From NCBI GenBank assembly GCA_963823335.1, contig CAWGLD010000007.1:160001-224000 (forward strand): 64,000 nucleotides of DNA, written 5' to 3'. This DNA comes from an uncultured delta proteobacterium (lineage in GTDB: Bacteria; Desulfobacterota; Desulfobacteria; Desulfobacterales; B30-G6). Made by a program: the position numbers and the translations under genes. Shown here one piece after another: positions 1 to 9,834 of the stretch. How positions within the stretch are numbered: position 1 is the stretch's first letter; each line of letters begins with the position of its first letter. The notes beneath the pieces were generated by a model that saw nothing but the letters and a program-made list of their open reading frames with translations, did no database searches and had not been told where the DNA came from.

Positions 1-2
1 TC

Positions 3-485
3 ATCAGCAAACGCGATGAAATCGCCGTCGAAGCCAAAAGAGTGTTGCAGTTGGAAATGGACCAGGCCGAATCAGGTGTCGACATCGTGACCATAGAAAT
101 GAAGAAAACCAATGTTCCCGGACCGGTTCAGCCTTCCTTTAACGAGGTCAACCAGGCTACCCAGGAAAAAGAACAGACCATCTACCAGGCCAAGGAAGAT
201 TACAACAAGGCCATACCTGCCGCCAGGGGTGAAGCGGACCGCACCATCAAGGCCGCCGAAGGTTATGCCCTGGAAAGAATCAACCTGGCCCAGGGTGACT
301 CCACCAGATTTATTGCCTTCTACAACGAGTATGCCAAGGCCAAAGATGTGACCAAGCGAAGACTATACCTCGAGACCCTGAAAGACCTGTTCCCCAAACT
401 CGGCAAAAAATACATTATCGATTCAGACCAGAAGAATCTTCTACCCCTACTCAATCTCGGCACAAAAGAAGGTGTGACCAAATGA
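3..485 (+). CDS. hflK: HflK, FtsH protease modulator (5' end outside window)
   Basis: SPFH C-terminal coiled-coil sequence (A..YA.ERINLAQGD..RF, DVTKRRLYLETL); directly upstream of hflC; frame open from position 3. Confidence 0.9.
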   Translation: MSKRDEIAVEAKRVLQLEMDQAESGVDIVTIEMKKTNVPGPVQPSFNEVNQATQEKEQTIYQAKEDYNKAIPAARGEADRTIKAAEGYALERINLAQGDSTRFIAFYNEYAKAKDVTKRRLYLETLKDLFPKLGKKYIIDSDQKNLLPLLNLGTKEGVTK

Positions 486-1423
486 AATCAAAAGGTTTAC
501 TCATAATTGTCGCGGCAGTCATCGTGATGCTTGTATACAATGGCGCCTATATTGTGGATGAAACCGAACAGGTCATCATTACCCAGTTCGGAAGGATTGT
601 CGGTAGCCCAAAAATGAACCCCGGGCTAAAATTCAAACTGCCGTTTTTCCAAAAGGCAAATTTCTTTCCCAAGAATCTTCTCGGTTGGGATGGTGATCCC
701 GGTCAGATTCCCACCCGTGATAAGACCTTTATCTGGGTTGATGCCTTTGCCAGGTGGAAAATTGTTGAGCCGGTCGCCTTTTTTCAGACAGTCAACAACC
801 GCTTCAACGCCCTTGGAAAGCTGAACGACATCATCGATCCGGCTGTGCGCAACTTTATCACCTCTCACAGCCTCATCGAAGCGGTTCGAAACACCAACCG
901 CGAAATGGATACCATTGAAATCGGTCTGGACGAGAGAGCCCAGCAAACCACCTACGCCGTTGAGGTCGGCAGGGCGAACATCACCAAAGGTATCCTGGCC
1001 CAGGCCCAGACCAAGCTGACACCCTTCGGTATCGAACTGGTGGATGTCAAAATCAAACGGATCAACTACGTGGAGCAGGTCAGGGACTCGGTCTATGGAA
1101 GGATGATTGCCGAACGAAGACAGATTGCCGAAAAATTCCGGTCAGAAGGTAAAGGAGAGGCCAGAAAAATACTGGGTGAAAAGGAAAGAGACCTGAAAAA
1201 GATCACTTCCGAAGCATACAAGACAGCCCAGGAAATCAAAGGCGCGGCCGATGCGGAGTCCACCAGGATATTTGCAGAAGCGTTTGGACGTGATCCGGAA
1301 TTTTACTCTTTTAGCAAAACCCTCGAACTTTATAGCGAGGCCCTGGATAAAGACAGCGAGTTGATTCTTTCGACGGATTCAGAGTTCTTCAAATATCTAA
1401 AAGGATATTCAGACACGCCTTAA
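482..1423 (+). CDS. hflC: HflC, FtsH protease modulator
   Basis: N-terminal TM, YIVDETEQVIITQFG, RMIAERRQIAEKFRSEG, DPEFYSF motifs. Confidence 0.93.
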   Translation: MKSKGLLIIVAAVIVMLVYNGAYIVDETEQVIITQFGRIVGSPKMNPGLKFKLPFFQKANFFPKNLLGWDGDPGQIPTRDKTFIWVDAFARWKIVEPVAFFQTVNNRFNALGKLNDIIDPAVRNFITSHSLIEAVRNTNREMDTIEIGLDERAQQTTYAVEVGRANITKGILAQAQTKLTPFGIELVDVKIKRINYVEQVRDSVYGRMIAERRQIAEKFRSEGKGEARKILGEKERDLKKITSEAYKTAQEIKGAADAESTRIFAEAFGRDPEFYSFSKTLELYSEALDKDSELILSTDSEFFKYLKGYSDTP

Positions 1424-1440
1424 AATCGTTGCACGATTTA

Positions 1441-1539
1441 TACCGCTTGTCATAATAATGTTCCGAAAATAGGGTGGCGGCATAAGGGGTTGTAGCAGAA
1501 AAAAAGTCCTCAATCGGAACGTTTTTCTGACAACCCCTA
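1441..1539. mobile_element. 99-bp miniature element (MITE-B), copy 1
   Basis: Near-identical inverted copy at 6476-6574; imperfect ends TACCGCTTGTCA / TGACAACCCCTA; TA on both flanks (1439-1440, 1540-1541). Confidence 0.75.
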
Positions 1540-1568
1540 TATATCCTGACAAACGAATATCAAAATAG

Positions 1569-1605
1569 AAAAGCACCGGAACTACCATTGGTACCGGTGC
1601 TTTTT
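1569..1605. terminator. Probable bidirectional intrinsic terminator
   Basis: AAAAGCACCGG...CCGGTGCTTTTT hairpin between converging genes. Confidence 0.7.
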
Positions 1606-1630
1606 ATTTAGAAGCTTAAAGCTTAAATCC

Positions 1631-1729
1631 TTATTTACCCTTTCTTCGCTGATGACGCGTTTTTGCCAACAGCTTTCGGTGCTTGTGCTTCCGCATTTTT
1701 TTACGACGTTTTTTAATAACACTACCCAA
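1631..1729 (-). CDS. Small basic protein, AURKAIP1/COX24-domain (ribosomal bS22-like), 32 aa
   Basis: Manual translation MGSVIKKRRKKMRKHKHRKLLAKTRHQRRKGK; TTG start with GGAGGTGA RBS; absent from ORF track. Confidence 0.85.
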   Translation of the reverse strand: MGSVIKKRRKKMRKHKHRKLLAKTRHQRRKGK

Positions 1730-1916
1730 TTGATCACCTCCAATCTAAACTGATTCTATGAATATAACTTTATTCTATAACAGTTCTATACTGTACATGT
1801 CCATACTTTTTAACACTCTTTTGATTTTTTTTGTCTGTCGCTTCACAGGATCATGTTGATCCAATTAAACAGTCATGTTACTATAACCCATCTAAAAAAA
1901 GATTAAAGGCCTCCTA

Positions 1917-2456
1917 TTGAGAAAAAGACAGCTTTTTTTAAAAGGCCACATCCACGTGGTCAACGAGTCAGTTGCCATGGCGGAAGAGCTTGTCAGTGAA
2001 TACTACAAGATGTCTGCTTCCGAATGGCTCAGACCAAAATTCGATGTCAAGACCCGCATCGACCTTTCAACGGATGAGATTGTTCCAGGCCCATTCGCGC
2101 AGGTTGTCCGCTATGAGGGCCGTCACAAAAACGCTTCGTTGGGATCGTCGTCCTATGACTATTACAAAATCTGTCTGCAGGATCATGAAATTCTTGCGGC
2201 AATAGATAAATATCAGCAACTGGAGCTTCTCCCGTTTACACTCTACATCCTCACCCATGAACTCATTCACATCGTCCGATTCAGTAAATTTCTGCAGAGT
2301 TTCAGTGCCGAACGCGAAGAAAGAATGGCTGAAGAATCAAGGGTTCATGAGCTGACCCATAAAATTCTCCGTCCGGTCCGCATTGACGGCCTCCCAGAGG
2401 TTCTCGATTTTTATATCCAATGGCGCGAGCCCATCGACGAGCTTGAAATTTCTTAA
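1917..2456 (+). CDS. Hypothetical protein with HExxH motif (possible metallopeptidase-like)
   Basis: 179-aa ORF containing THELIH. Confidence 0.6.
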   Translation: MRKRQLFLKGHIHVVNESVAMAEELVSEYYKMSASEWLRPKFDVKTRIDLSTDEIVPGPFAQVVRYEGRHKNASLGSSSYDYYKICLQDHEILAAIDKYQQLELLPFTLYILTHELIHIVRFSKFLQSFSAEREERMAEESRVHELTHKILRPVRIDGLPEVLDFYIQWREPIDELEIS

Positions 2457-2691
2457 ATCCAAATATCAAATGCTCAGATGATTGAAGAGCCTCGCGCCAA
2501 GCTACGAAGAATCTCTGACCTGGCCCAAAGGACCAGGTTTTTAATGACGGAATAAAATCCCGTATTTATGACATCTGTTATAAAATGATCATATTGTGTT
2601 TCACTCTCTTGACAACGCAAAAACACTCACTATATTAGTTCTAAATTTGGTCTAAGTACTTGTTTACAACACATTTTTCAGGAGAAAGCAC

Positions 2692-3024
2692 ATGCCCATT
2701 TATGAGTATCAATGTAAAAAATGCGGCACGATCGAAGAAGCCCTTCAAAAATTTTCCGACAAGCCCCTATCCAAGTGTAAACACTGTTCCGGGAAACTTC
2801 ACAAACTTGTTTCCCAAAGCAGCTTCCATTTGAAAGGATCGGGATGGTACGTAACCGATTATGCCAACAAGTCCAAGGATACAGCAGCCACTCCCGAAAA
2901 AAAGAATGCGGACCTTGATTCTGCCAAGCCAGAAAAAGAAGCCTCACCCGGGAAAATGACCTCGGCCTCATCTGATAAAAAAACCATTCAAAACAAAGGG
3001 ACCGACAACACCAAGAAACCTTAA
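2692..3024 (+). CDS. FmdB-family zinc-ribbon protein
   Basis: MPIYEYQCKKCG...CKHC...FHLKGSGWYVTDY. Confidence 0.88.
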   Translation: MPIYEYQCKKCGTIEEALQKFSDKPLSKCKHCSGKLHKLVSQSSFHLKGSGWYVTDYANKSKDTAATPEKKNADLDSAKPEKEASPGKMTSASSDKKTIQNKGTDNTKKP

Positions 3025-3153
3025 AAACAGCTCTTTACAAACATGAATGTGTGCTTATTTTTGATTAACAATTTTTTGCCAACCATTTAAGAAGCTATTT
3101 CAAACAGCAAGTTTCACTTACCAAAGAACGTTAAGAAAAGGAGAGAAGGAAGA

Positions 3154-3441
3154 ATGAAACTGAGACCATTACAGGACCGAATTCTGGTACAACGTGTTGC
3201 AGAGGAAACAACCACCAAGGGCGGCATCATCATTCCGGATACCGCTAAAGAAAAACCGGCAGAAGGCAAAGTCACTGCCATTGGAAACGGAAAAGTCGGT
3301 GATGATGGGAAACGGATTCCCCTTGAGATTAAAAAGGGCGACCGGATCCTTTTCGGCAAATATTCAGGCACCGAGGTTAAGATCGAAGGCGACGAATATC
3401 TGATCATGCGTGAAGACGATGTTCTTGGCATAATTGAATAA
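3154..3441 (+). CDS. groES: Co-chaperonin GroES
   Basis: [25 protein letters not shown] motifs. Confidence 0.98.
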   Translation: MKLRPLQDRILVQRVAEETTTKGGIIIPDTAKEKPAEGKVTAIGNGKVGDDGKRIPLEIKKGDRILFGKYSGTEVKIEGDEYLIMREDDVLGIIE

Positions 3442-5130
<1,689 letters not shown>

Positions 5131-5162
5131 GCTTATCTACCCATCTGTTACAAACATTATAC

Positions 5163-5197
5163 AAAGCCCTTATGCATGACTGCATAAGGGCTTTTTT
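5163..5197 (+). terminator. Intrinsic terminator of groESL
   Basis: AAAGCCCTTATGCA...TGCATAAGGGCTTTTTT. Confidence 0.85.
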
Positions 5198-5288
5198 ATT
5201 GAAATGCTTGACAAAACACCTAAAATTGAGGTATTTAAGTGGACTGTCGACTGCAAATGCCAACCGATAACATAAATGGAGATGTGTG

Positions 5289-6365
5289 ATGAACGGCAAA
5301 CACCTTATGCAGGTATTCAAGTACTTGACCGTATCCGCTGCTATAACTCTCGCCTTCTCACCCGGCGTTACAGCAGATACCGTCGAAGAAACCATAGATC
5401 ACGAAGCCGGATTCTACTACACGATCCAGCGAGGGGATACGCTCTGGGACTTGTCGGACAAATTTTTTGACTCACCGTGGTACTGGCCCGAATTGTGGCA
5501 GGAAAACGAACAGATCCCCAATCCTCACTGGATCTATCCTGGTGAGCGGATTCGGCTTTTTCAAAAACAGGGTAAAGATACTTTCACTTTCAATATCCCG
5601 GAACCTGAAATCGTTGCTCAGGAAAGTGCCGTCGAAATCGTCCAGGAGCCACCCAAACCGGAAGAAAAGACCGTTTATTATTCGTACCCGCCCATGGACG
5701 CCGTCGGCTTCATCCGCAAGGAAGCCGTCACCCCCCTTGGGTTTATCTTCAAAGTCAAAGACGATAATGTTCTGATCCATGAGGGCAACACGGTCTATAT
5801 CAGTTATGCAGACAAAGACGCCCGTCCCATTATGCAGGGCGGCAAGTACACGATCTATCGAAAACTGGATCCCACGACAGACCTCAAGCGGAACCGGCAG
5901 TTGGGAGGCCAGTATTACATTCTCGGTATCGTTGAAGTCACCCGGCTGGAAGCGGATTTTGTCATTGCAAAAGTCCTCAAATCCTTCCGCGCACTTGCCA
6001 TCAACGATTTTATTCTGCCTTACGAACAACGGCCGTCCAAGATTCCCATTTCAAAAGGTGTTCCCGATTTAGTCGGAAAAATCATCGTCTCGGAAGAGCA
6101 TGCTGAACTCATCGGTGACATGACACTGGCATTCATCGACAAAGGCAAGACCGACAAGGTCAAGGAAGGGCAGATTTACAACATTTATTACCAGGAAAAA
6201 GAAAAGGTGAAGATGCAGGGAAAAGAATCGGTGATTCTCACCCCGGTTGAATATGGCCAGCTCATCGTCCTGCACACCGAACAGGAAACCGCCACCGTGC
6301 TGGTTACCCAGACCGACAAGTCCGCATATCCGGACGCACTGATCCACACACCGCCGACCGAGTAA
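5289..6365 (+). CDS. LysM peptidoglycan-binding secreted protein
   Basis: Signal peptide, then YTIQRGDTLWDLS...WPELWQENEQIPNPHWIYPG. Confidence 0.88.
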   Translation: MNGKHLMQVFKYLTVSAAITLAFSPGVTADTVEETIDHEAGFYYTIQRGDTLWDLSDKFFDSPWYWPELWQENEQIPNPHWIYPGERIRLFQKQGKDTFTFNIPEPEIVAQESAVEIVQEPPKPEEKTVYYSYPPMDAVGFIRKEAVTPLGFIFKVKDDNVLIHEGNTVYISYADKDARPIMQGGKYTIYRKLDPTTDLKRNRQLGGQYYILGIVEVTRLEADFVIAKVLKSFRALAINDFILPYEQRPSKIPISKGVPDLVGKIIVSEEHAELIGDMTLAFIDKGKTDKVKEGQIYNIYYQEKEKVKMQGKESVILTPVEYGQLIVLHTEQETATVLVTQTDKSAYPDALIHTPPTE

Positions 6366-6368
6366 ATC

Positions 6369-6412
6369 AAAATATTTTCGCTCAGACCAATGGGCCTGAG
6401 CGAAAATATTTT
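6369..6412. terminator. Hairpin/terminator after LysM gene
   Basis: AAAATATTTTCGCTCAG...CTGAGCGAAAATATTTT. Confidence 0.65.
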
Positions 6413-6461
6413 ACCCCAAAGTAATTTAGTTTTTTTCAGAATACTGTTCAAAAAACAGCTA

Positions 6462-6709
6462 TAGAAGCCGTCTTATAGGGGTTGTCAGAAAAATGTTCCG
6501 ATTGAGGACCTTTTTTCTGCTACAACCCCTTATGCCGCCATCCTATTTTCGGAACAATATTATGACAAGCGGTATAAAAATAGGATTTTGGTTCAAGATC
6601 AAGGCAAGGTTGAGTTTCAATCCGGAGGAATACTTCTGTATTTCGAGGAATTGGAACTCAAACTCAACGCAGAGATTGGGCCAAAAGACTTTTTTGAGGC
6701 AGCTTCTTA
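6462..6709. mobile_element. ERIC-like palindromic element with nested MITE-B
   Basis: Ends AGAAGCCGTCT / AGGCAGCTTCT; body aligns with 42974-43145; internal CAAGGC and CAACGCAG; right end overlaps the pilB-like stop codon. Confidence 0.72.
6476..6574. mobile_element. 99-bp miniature element (MITE-B), copy 2, inverted
   Basis: Reverse complement of 1441-1539; TA at 6474-6475 and 6575-6576. Confidence 0.75.
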
Positions 6710-8527
6710 TTGTTCCCAGGTAACCCGCATAACCTCCTGATAGGTGGTAACCCCGGCCAGAAACTTGCCGATGGCGTTTTCGCGCAGGCTCACCATGCCC
6801 TCTTCCACGGCTTTCTCCCTTATGGCGGCAAGATCTGTTGTCTCGGTGGTCAGCTTCCGAATGGACTCGGTGAAGGGTAAAACCTCATGAATACCTATAC
6901 GACCTTTATAGCCGGTTCCCCGGCAGTGCTGACACCCTTTACCGCGGTATACCGTGACCGTTTCAGCTTTTTCGAGATGAAGCCCCATCTGTTTCAACCC
7001 GGCCGTATCGATCTGAACAGCCTCTTTGCAGCGTTCACAAATCTTGCGCACCAGGCGCTGGGAAACGATTCCCCGCAGGGTCGCCTGGATCAGAAAGGGC
7101 GGCACCCCGAGATCGATCAAGCGGGTGATGGAAGCGGGCGCATCATTGGTGTGCAGTGTCGAAAGGACCAGATGCCCGGTCAACGCCGCCTGAATGGCAT
7201 TCTCGGCCGTCTCCAGGTCGCGCATCTCCCCTATCATGATGACATCCGGGTCCTGCCGTAGAATATTCCTCAAAATTGAGCCAAAGGTGACACCCACCAC
7301 CGGATTTACCGCTATCTGGTTGAAATCCTCATGAACCATTTCGATGGGATCCTCAATGGTCGTAATGTTAATTTCAGGGGTATAGACACTTCGCAGCGTG
7401 GAGTACAGTGTCGTAGACTTGCCGCTCCCGGTGGGCCCACACACCAGCACGATACCGTTGGGCATATGAATAAACTGGTTGTAACGGATCAGGTCCGTGG
7501 GGGTAAACCCCAGCTCGTCCAGATCCTGGAACAGAATATCCGGATCCATGATCCGCATGACCACCTTTTCTCCAAAAGCCGTGGGGATCATGGATACACG
7601 GATTTCAACCTCGACACCCTCTTTTTCGGTTTTGATGCGCCCGTCCTGGGGCCGCCGCTTTTCGGCCATGTCGATCCGGGAGAGGTTCTTGATGCGGCTG
7701 ACAATGGCCGGGTGCACTTTTTTAGGAATCCTGTGGACCGTGTGCAGGACACCATCGATACGCATCCTGACCATACTGGTATCCCGCTTAGGTTCGATAT
7801 GAATGTCGCTGGCCCGCTGATCAAATGCATAGGTAAAGAGATGGCTCACGGCATTGACGATATGTGAGTCATTGGATGGGAGTTCATCCACAGACTTTAG
7901 CCGCACATACTGTTCCAGGTTCCCAAGGTCCACAATAGGTGCATTGAACTGGTTTTCAGCAGCGGCAATAGAACGCTTGAAGCCGAAAAATTCATGGATG
8001 AGTTTCAGAATGTCTGTTCGTGTGCTTACCACCACGGAGACGTCAAATTTACTGGCTCTGGCAATGTCTTCCAGGACTTCCGTATTGAAGGGATTGGCAG
8101 TAGCCACGGTCAGCCGTCCTTCACTGATGGCTATGGGAAGCACCAGATGCTTAATGGCAAAATTCCGGGGAATCGTGGTCGTGACCACATTGAGGTCCAG
8201 CTTTACAGGATCGACTTTTTTAAATGGAATTTTCCATTCCTCAGCCAGCGCAAGGTAGATTGCCTCTTCGTCAAGGACACGCTCCGGGCGCGATTGCTGC
8301 TTCAAATTCAGCACAGCGATTACATCGATCATGGTAACAGGCGTTTCAATGCGTGACGATGGCAGATCTGAATCGAGGTTTTTTTTGCGTTGCTTGGAAA
8401 GTTTTGTTTTTAAGGAATTCTTTCTCTTGAGAATTTCATCTGCTTTGGATGCCGAAATCAGTTGATGCTTGACAAGAGCCTGACAGATATTTTCATCCGA
8501 GAGGGGATGGTTGGCATCAAAGGGCAT
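6707..8527 (-). CDS. Type IV pilus/type II secretion assembly ATPase (PilB/GspE family)
   Basis: ASDIHIEP, Walker A GPTGSGKSTT, TIEDPIE, LRQDPDVIMIGEMRD, STLHTN, Zn-binding CxxC pairs. Confidence 0.92.
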   Translation of the reverse strand: MPFDANHPLSDENICQALVKHQLISASKADEILKRKNSLKTKLSKQRKKNLDSDLPSSRIETPVTMIDVIAVLNLKQQSRPERVLDEEAIYLALAEEWKIPFKKVDPVKLDLNVVTTTIPRNFAIKHLVLPIAISEGRLTVATANPFNTEVLEDIARASKFDVSVVVSTRTDILKLIHEFFGFKRSIAAAENQFNAPIVDLGNLEQYVRLKSVDELPSNDSHIVNAVSHLFTYAFDQRASDIHIEPKRDTSMVRMRIDGVLHTVHRIPKKVHPAIVSRIKNLSRIDMAEKRRPQDGRIKTEKEGVEVEIRVSMIPTAFGEKVVMRIMDPDILFQDLDELGFTPTDLIRYNQFIHMPNGIVLVCGPTGSGKSTTLYSTLRSVYTPEINITTIEDPIEMVHEDFNQIAVNPVVGVTFGSILRNILRQDPDVIMIGEMRDLETAENAIQAALTGHLVLSTLHTNDAPASITRLIDLGVPPFLIQATLRGIVSQRLVRKICERCKEAVQIDTAGLKQMGLHLEKAETVTVYRGKGCQHCRGTGYKGRIGIHEVLPFTESIRKLTTETTDLAAIREKAVEEGMVSLRENAIGKFLAGVTTYQEVMRVTWEQ

Positions 8528-8658
8528 GGGATCGGGTTATCCTTATTTTGAGTGCATAAATACTGCGTGCAGGTATAAAAATTTCTCAAGTTCCCAATAC
8601 TGAGGGTCGGCGCTATAAGCTTTAAGCTATAAGCGGAAAGCTGCTTACTGCATATAGC

Positions 8659-9132
8659 TTATGGCTTACTGCTTTCCGTGGCAGCTTCCTGATAAGCCTG
8701 CACTTTTTCCCGAAACGCTTTCTGCTTGACTTCGTAAATTTTCAACCGGGCATGGTAATCCTGGATCTTTTTTTCATGAGCGGCGATCTCTTCCGGCGTG
8801 CCGGGTGGTGGAGCCGATTCAAGACGTTGGCGCATCTCCACCAACTGACTGTATTCATTGTCGAGAACCCCCTTTTCATCCGTGAGTTCCTTTTCAACGG
8901 TCTGGGCTGTCGTCTGCTCAGAAATAGTATCAGGTGCTTGCTCAGCCACGGCCGGCTTTGTCTTGATCTCCTGATATTGATCAATATTTTCCCGTTGTGC
9001 AACAGGCACTTCTGTGAGATTGTCCGTAAAACGAAGTATGCCGTTTTGGTCCCGGTATTTGTAAATCTCTGCCGAAGAAAACATCGGCAGCACCAGCAAG
9101 GCCAGGAGCATGGTTACGATTTGCTTCATCAC
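8659..9132 (-). CDS. DUF4124-like secreted protein
   Basis: Signal peptide, then AEIYKYRDQNGILRFTD. Confidence 0.75.
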   Translation of the reverse strand: MMKQIVTMLLALLVLPMFSSAEIYKYRDQNGILRFTDNLTEVPVAQRENIDQYQEIKTKPAVAEQAPDTISEQTTAQTVEKELTDEKGVLDNEYSQLVEMRQRLESAPPPGTPEEIAAHEKKIQDYHARLKIYEVKQKAFREKVQAYQEAATESSKP

Positions 9133-9171
9133 GATGTATCCTCCATTGTAAGCGCTATTTTTCTGCGGTTT

Positions 9172-9579
9172 CTATTTTTTGATGGGTGCAGACCATGCCG
9201 TCCTGGCGCCGCTCAACGGCCCTTTGTAGATAATCCGCCATACAAAAGGATTGTTGAGTCTACCCGGTTCATATTGGAGCTCTGCCGTGCAGGGCACCAG
9301 CATTTTTGCCAGCTCCATAACGTTGCCTTTTTTGTCCACCACTTCGGTTGACTCCGTCACCAGAAAATTCATGTATCGGGTCTGTATCATCTCCGGCGTC
9401 TTGCCGATGATCCTGAGATTGATACTCTTGGTGCGCACATCATCAGGACTTGCAACTAGGCGCCGACGCTGCTGGGCGCTCTCCTGAGCGACGACGGTTC
9501 CCAGGAGAACCATCTGGCATGCCAGGGCAAAAATCAGAATTGCCGTCAGTCTATTTGGCCATCTTTTCAATATTTTCAT
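9172..9579 (-). CDS. Hypothetical secreted protein
   Basis: 135-aa ORF, signal-peptide-like N-terminus, AGGTGG RBS, co-oriented with pil genes. Confidence 0.65.
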   Translation of the reverse strand: MKILKRWPNRLTAILIFALACQMVLLGTVVAQESAQQRRRLVASPDDVRTKSINLRIIGKTPEMIQTRYMNFLVTESTEVVDKKGNVMELAKMLVPCTAELQYEPGRLNNPFVWRIIYKGPLSGARTAWSAPIKK

Positions 9580-9656
9580 GATGCCACCTTTTCTGTCATG
9601 TTTATGGCTGATTATTCATATAATATTTTCATTATGTATCGAAAATCTATCCGTGC

Positions 9657-9834
9657 TTACGCGGATCTTTCACGCCTCTGATGGGTTCATTTACAAGGCA
9701 TTCAGGAATGCAGCTGTAGTATATTCTACTGCAAATTCCTGATAACGCGGTAAATGGGCCCATCAGAGAGCGCCCGAAGGGTGAAAGTTGACGAGCAAAA
9801 ATGCTCGCCAACTTTCATGAAATATCCGCGTTTA
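9657..9834. mobile_element. ERIC-like palindromic element
   Basis: Ends ACGCGGATCTTTCA / TGAAATATCCGCGT; internal CAAGGC...AGCTGTAGT...CTAC...TAACGCGG shared with 23020-23146; overlaps pilY1 stop. Confidence 0.65.

Noticed and set aside
3025-3153. CIRCE operator upstream of groES
   Set aside because: No TTAGCACTC-N9-GAGTGCTAA found.
6493-6723. Short ORFs 6493-6723, 42904-43134, 54506-54757 and 54553-54810
   Set aside because: They are translations of miniature elements or of the array repeat rather than independent genes.
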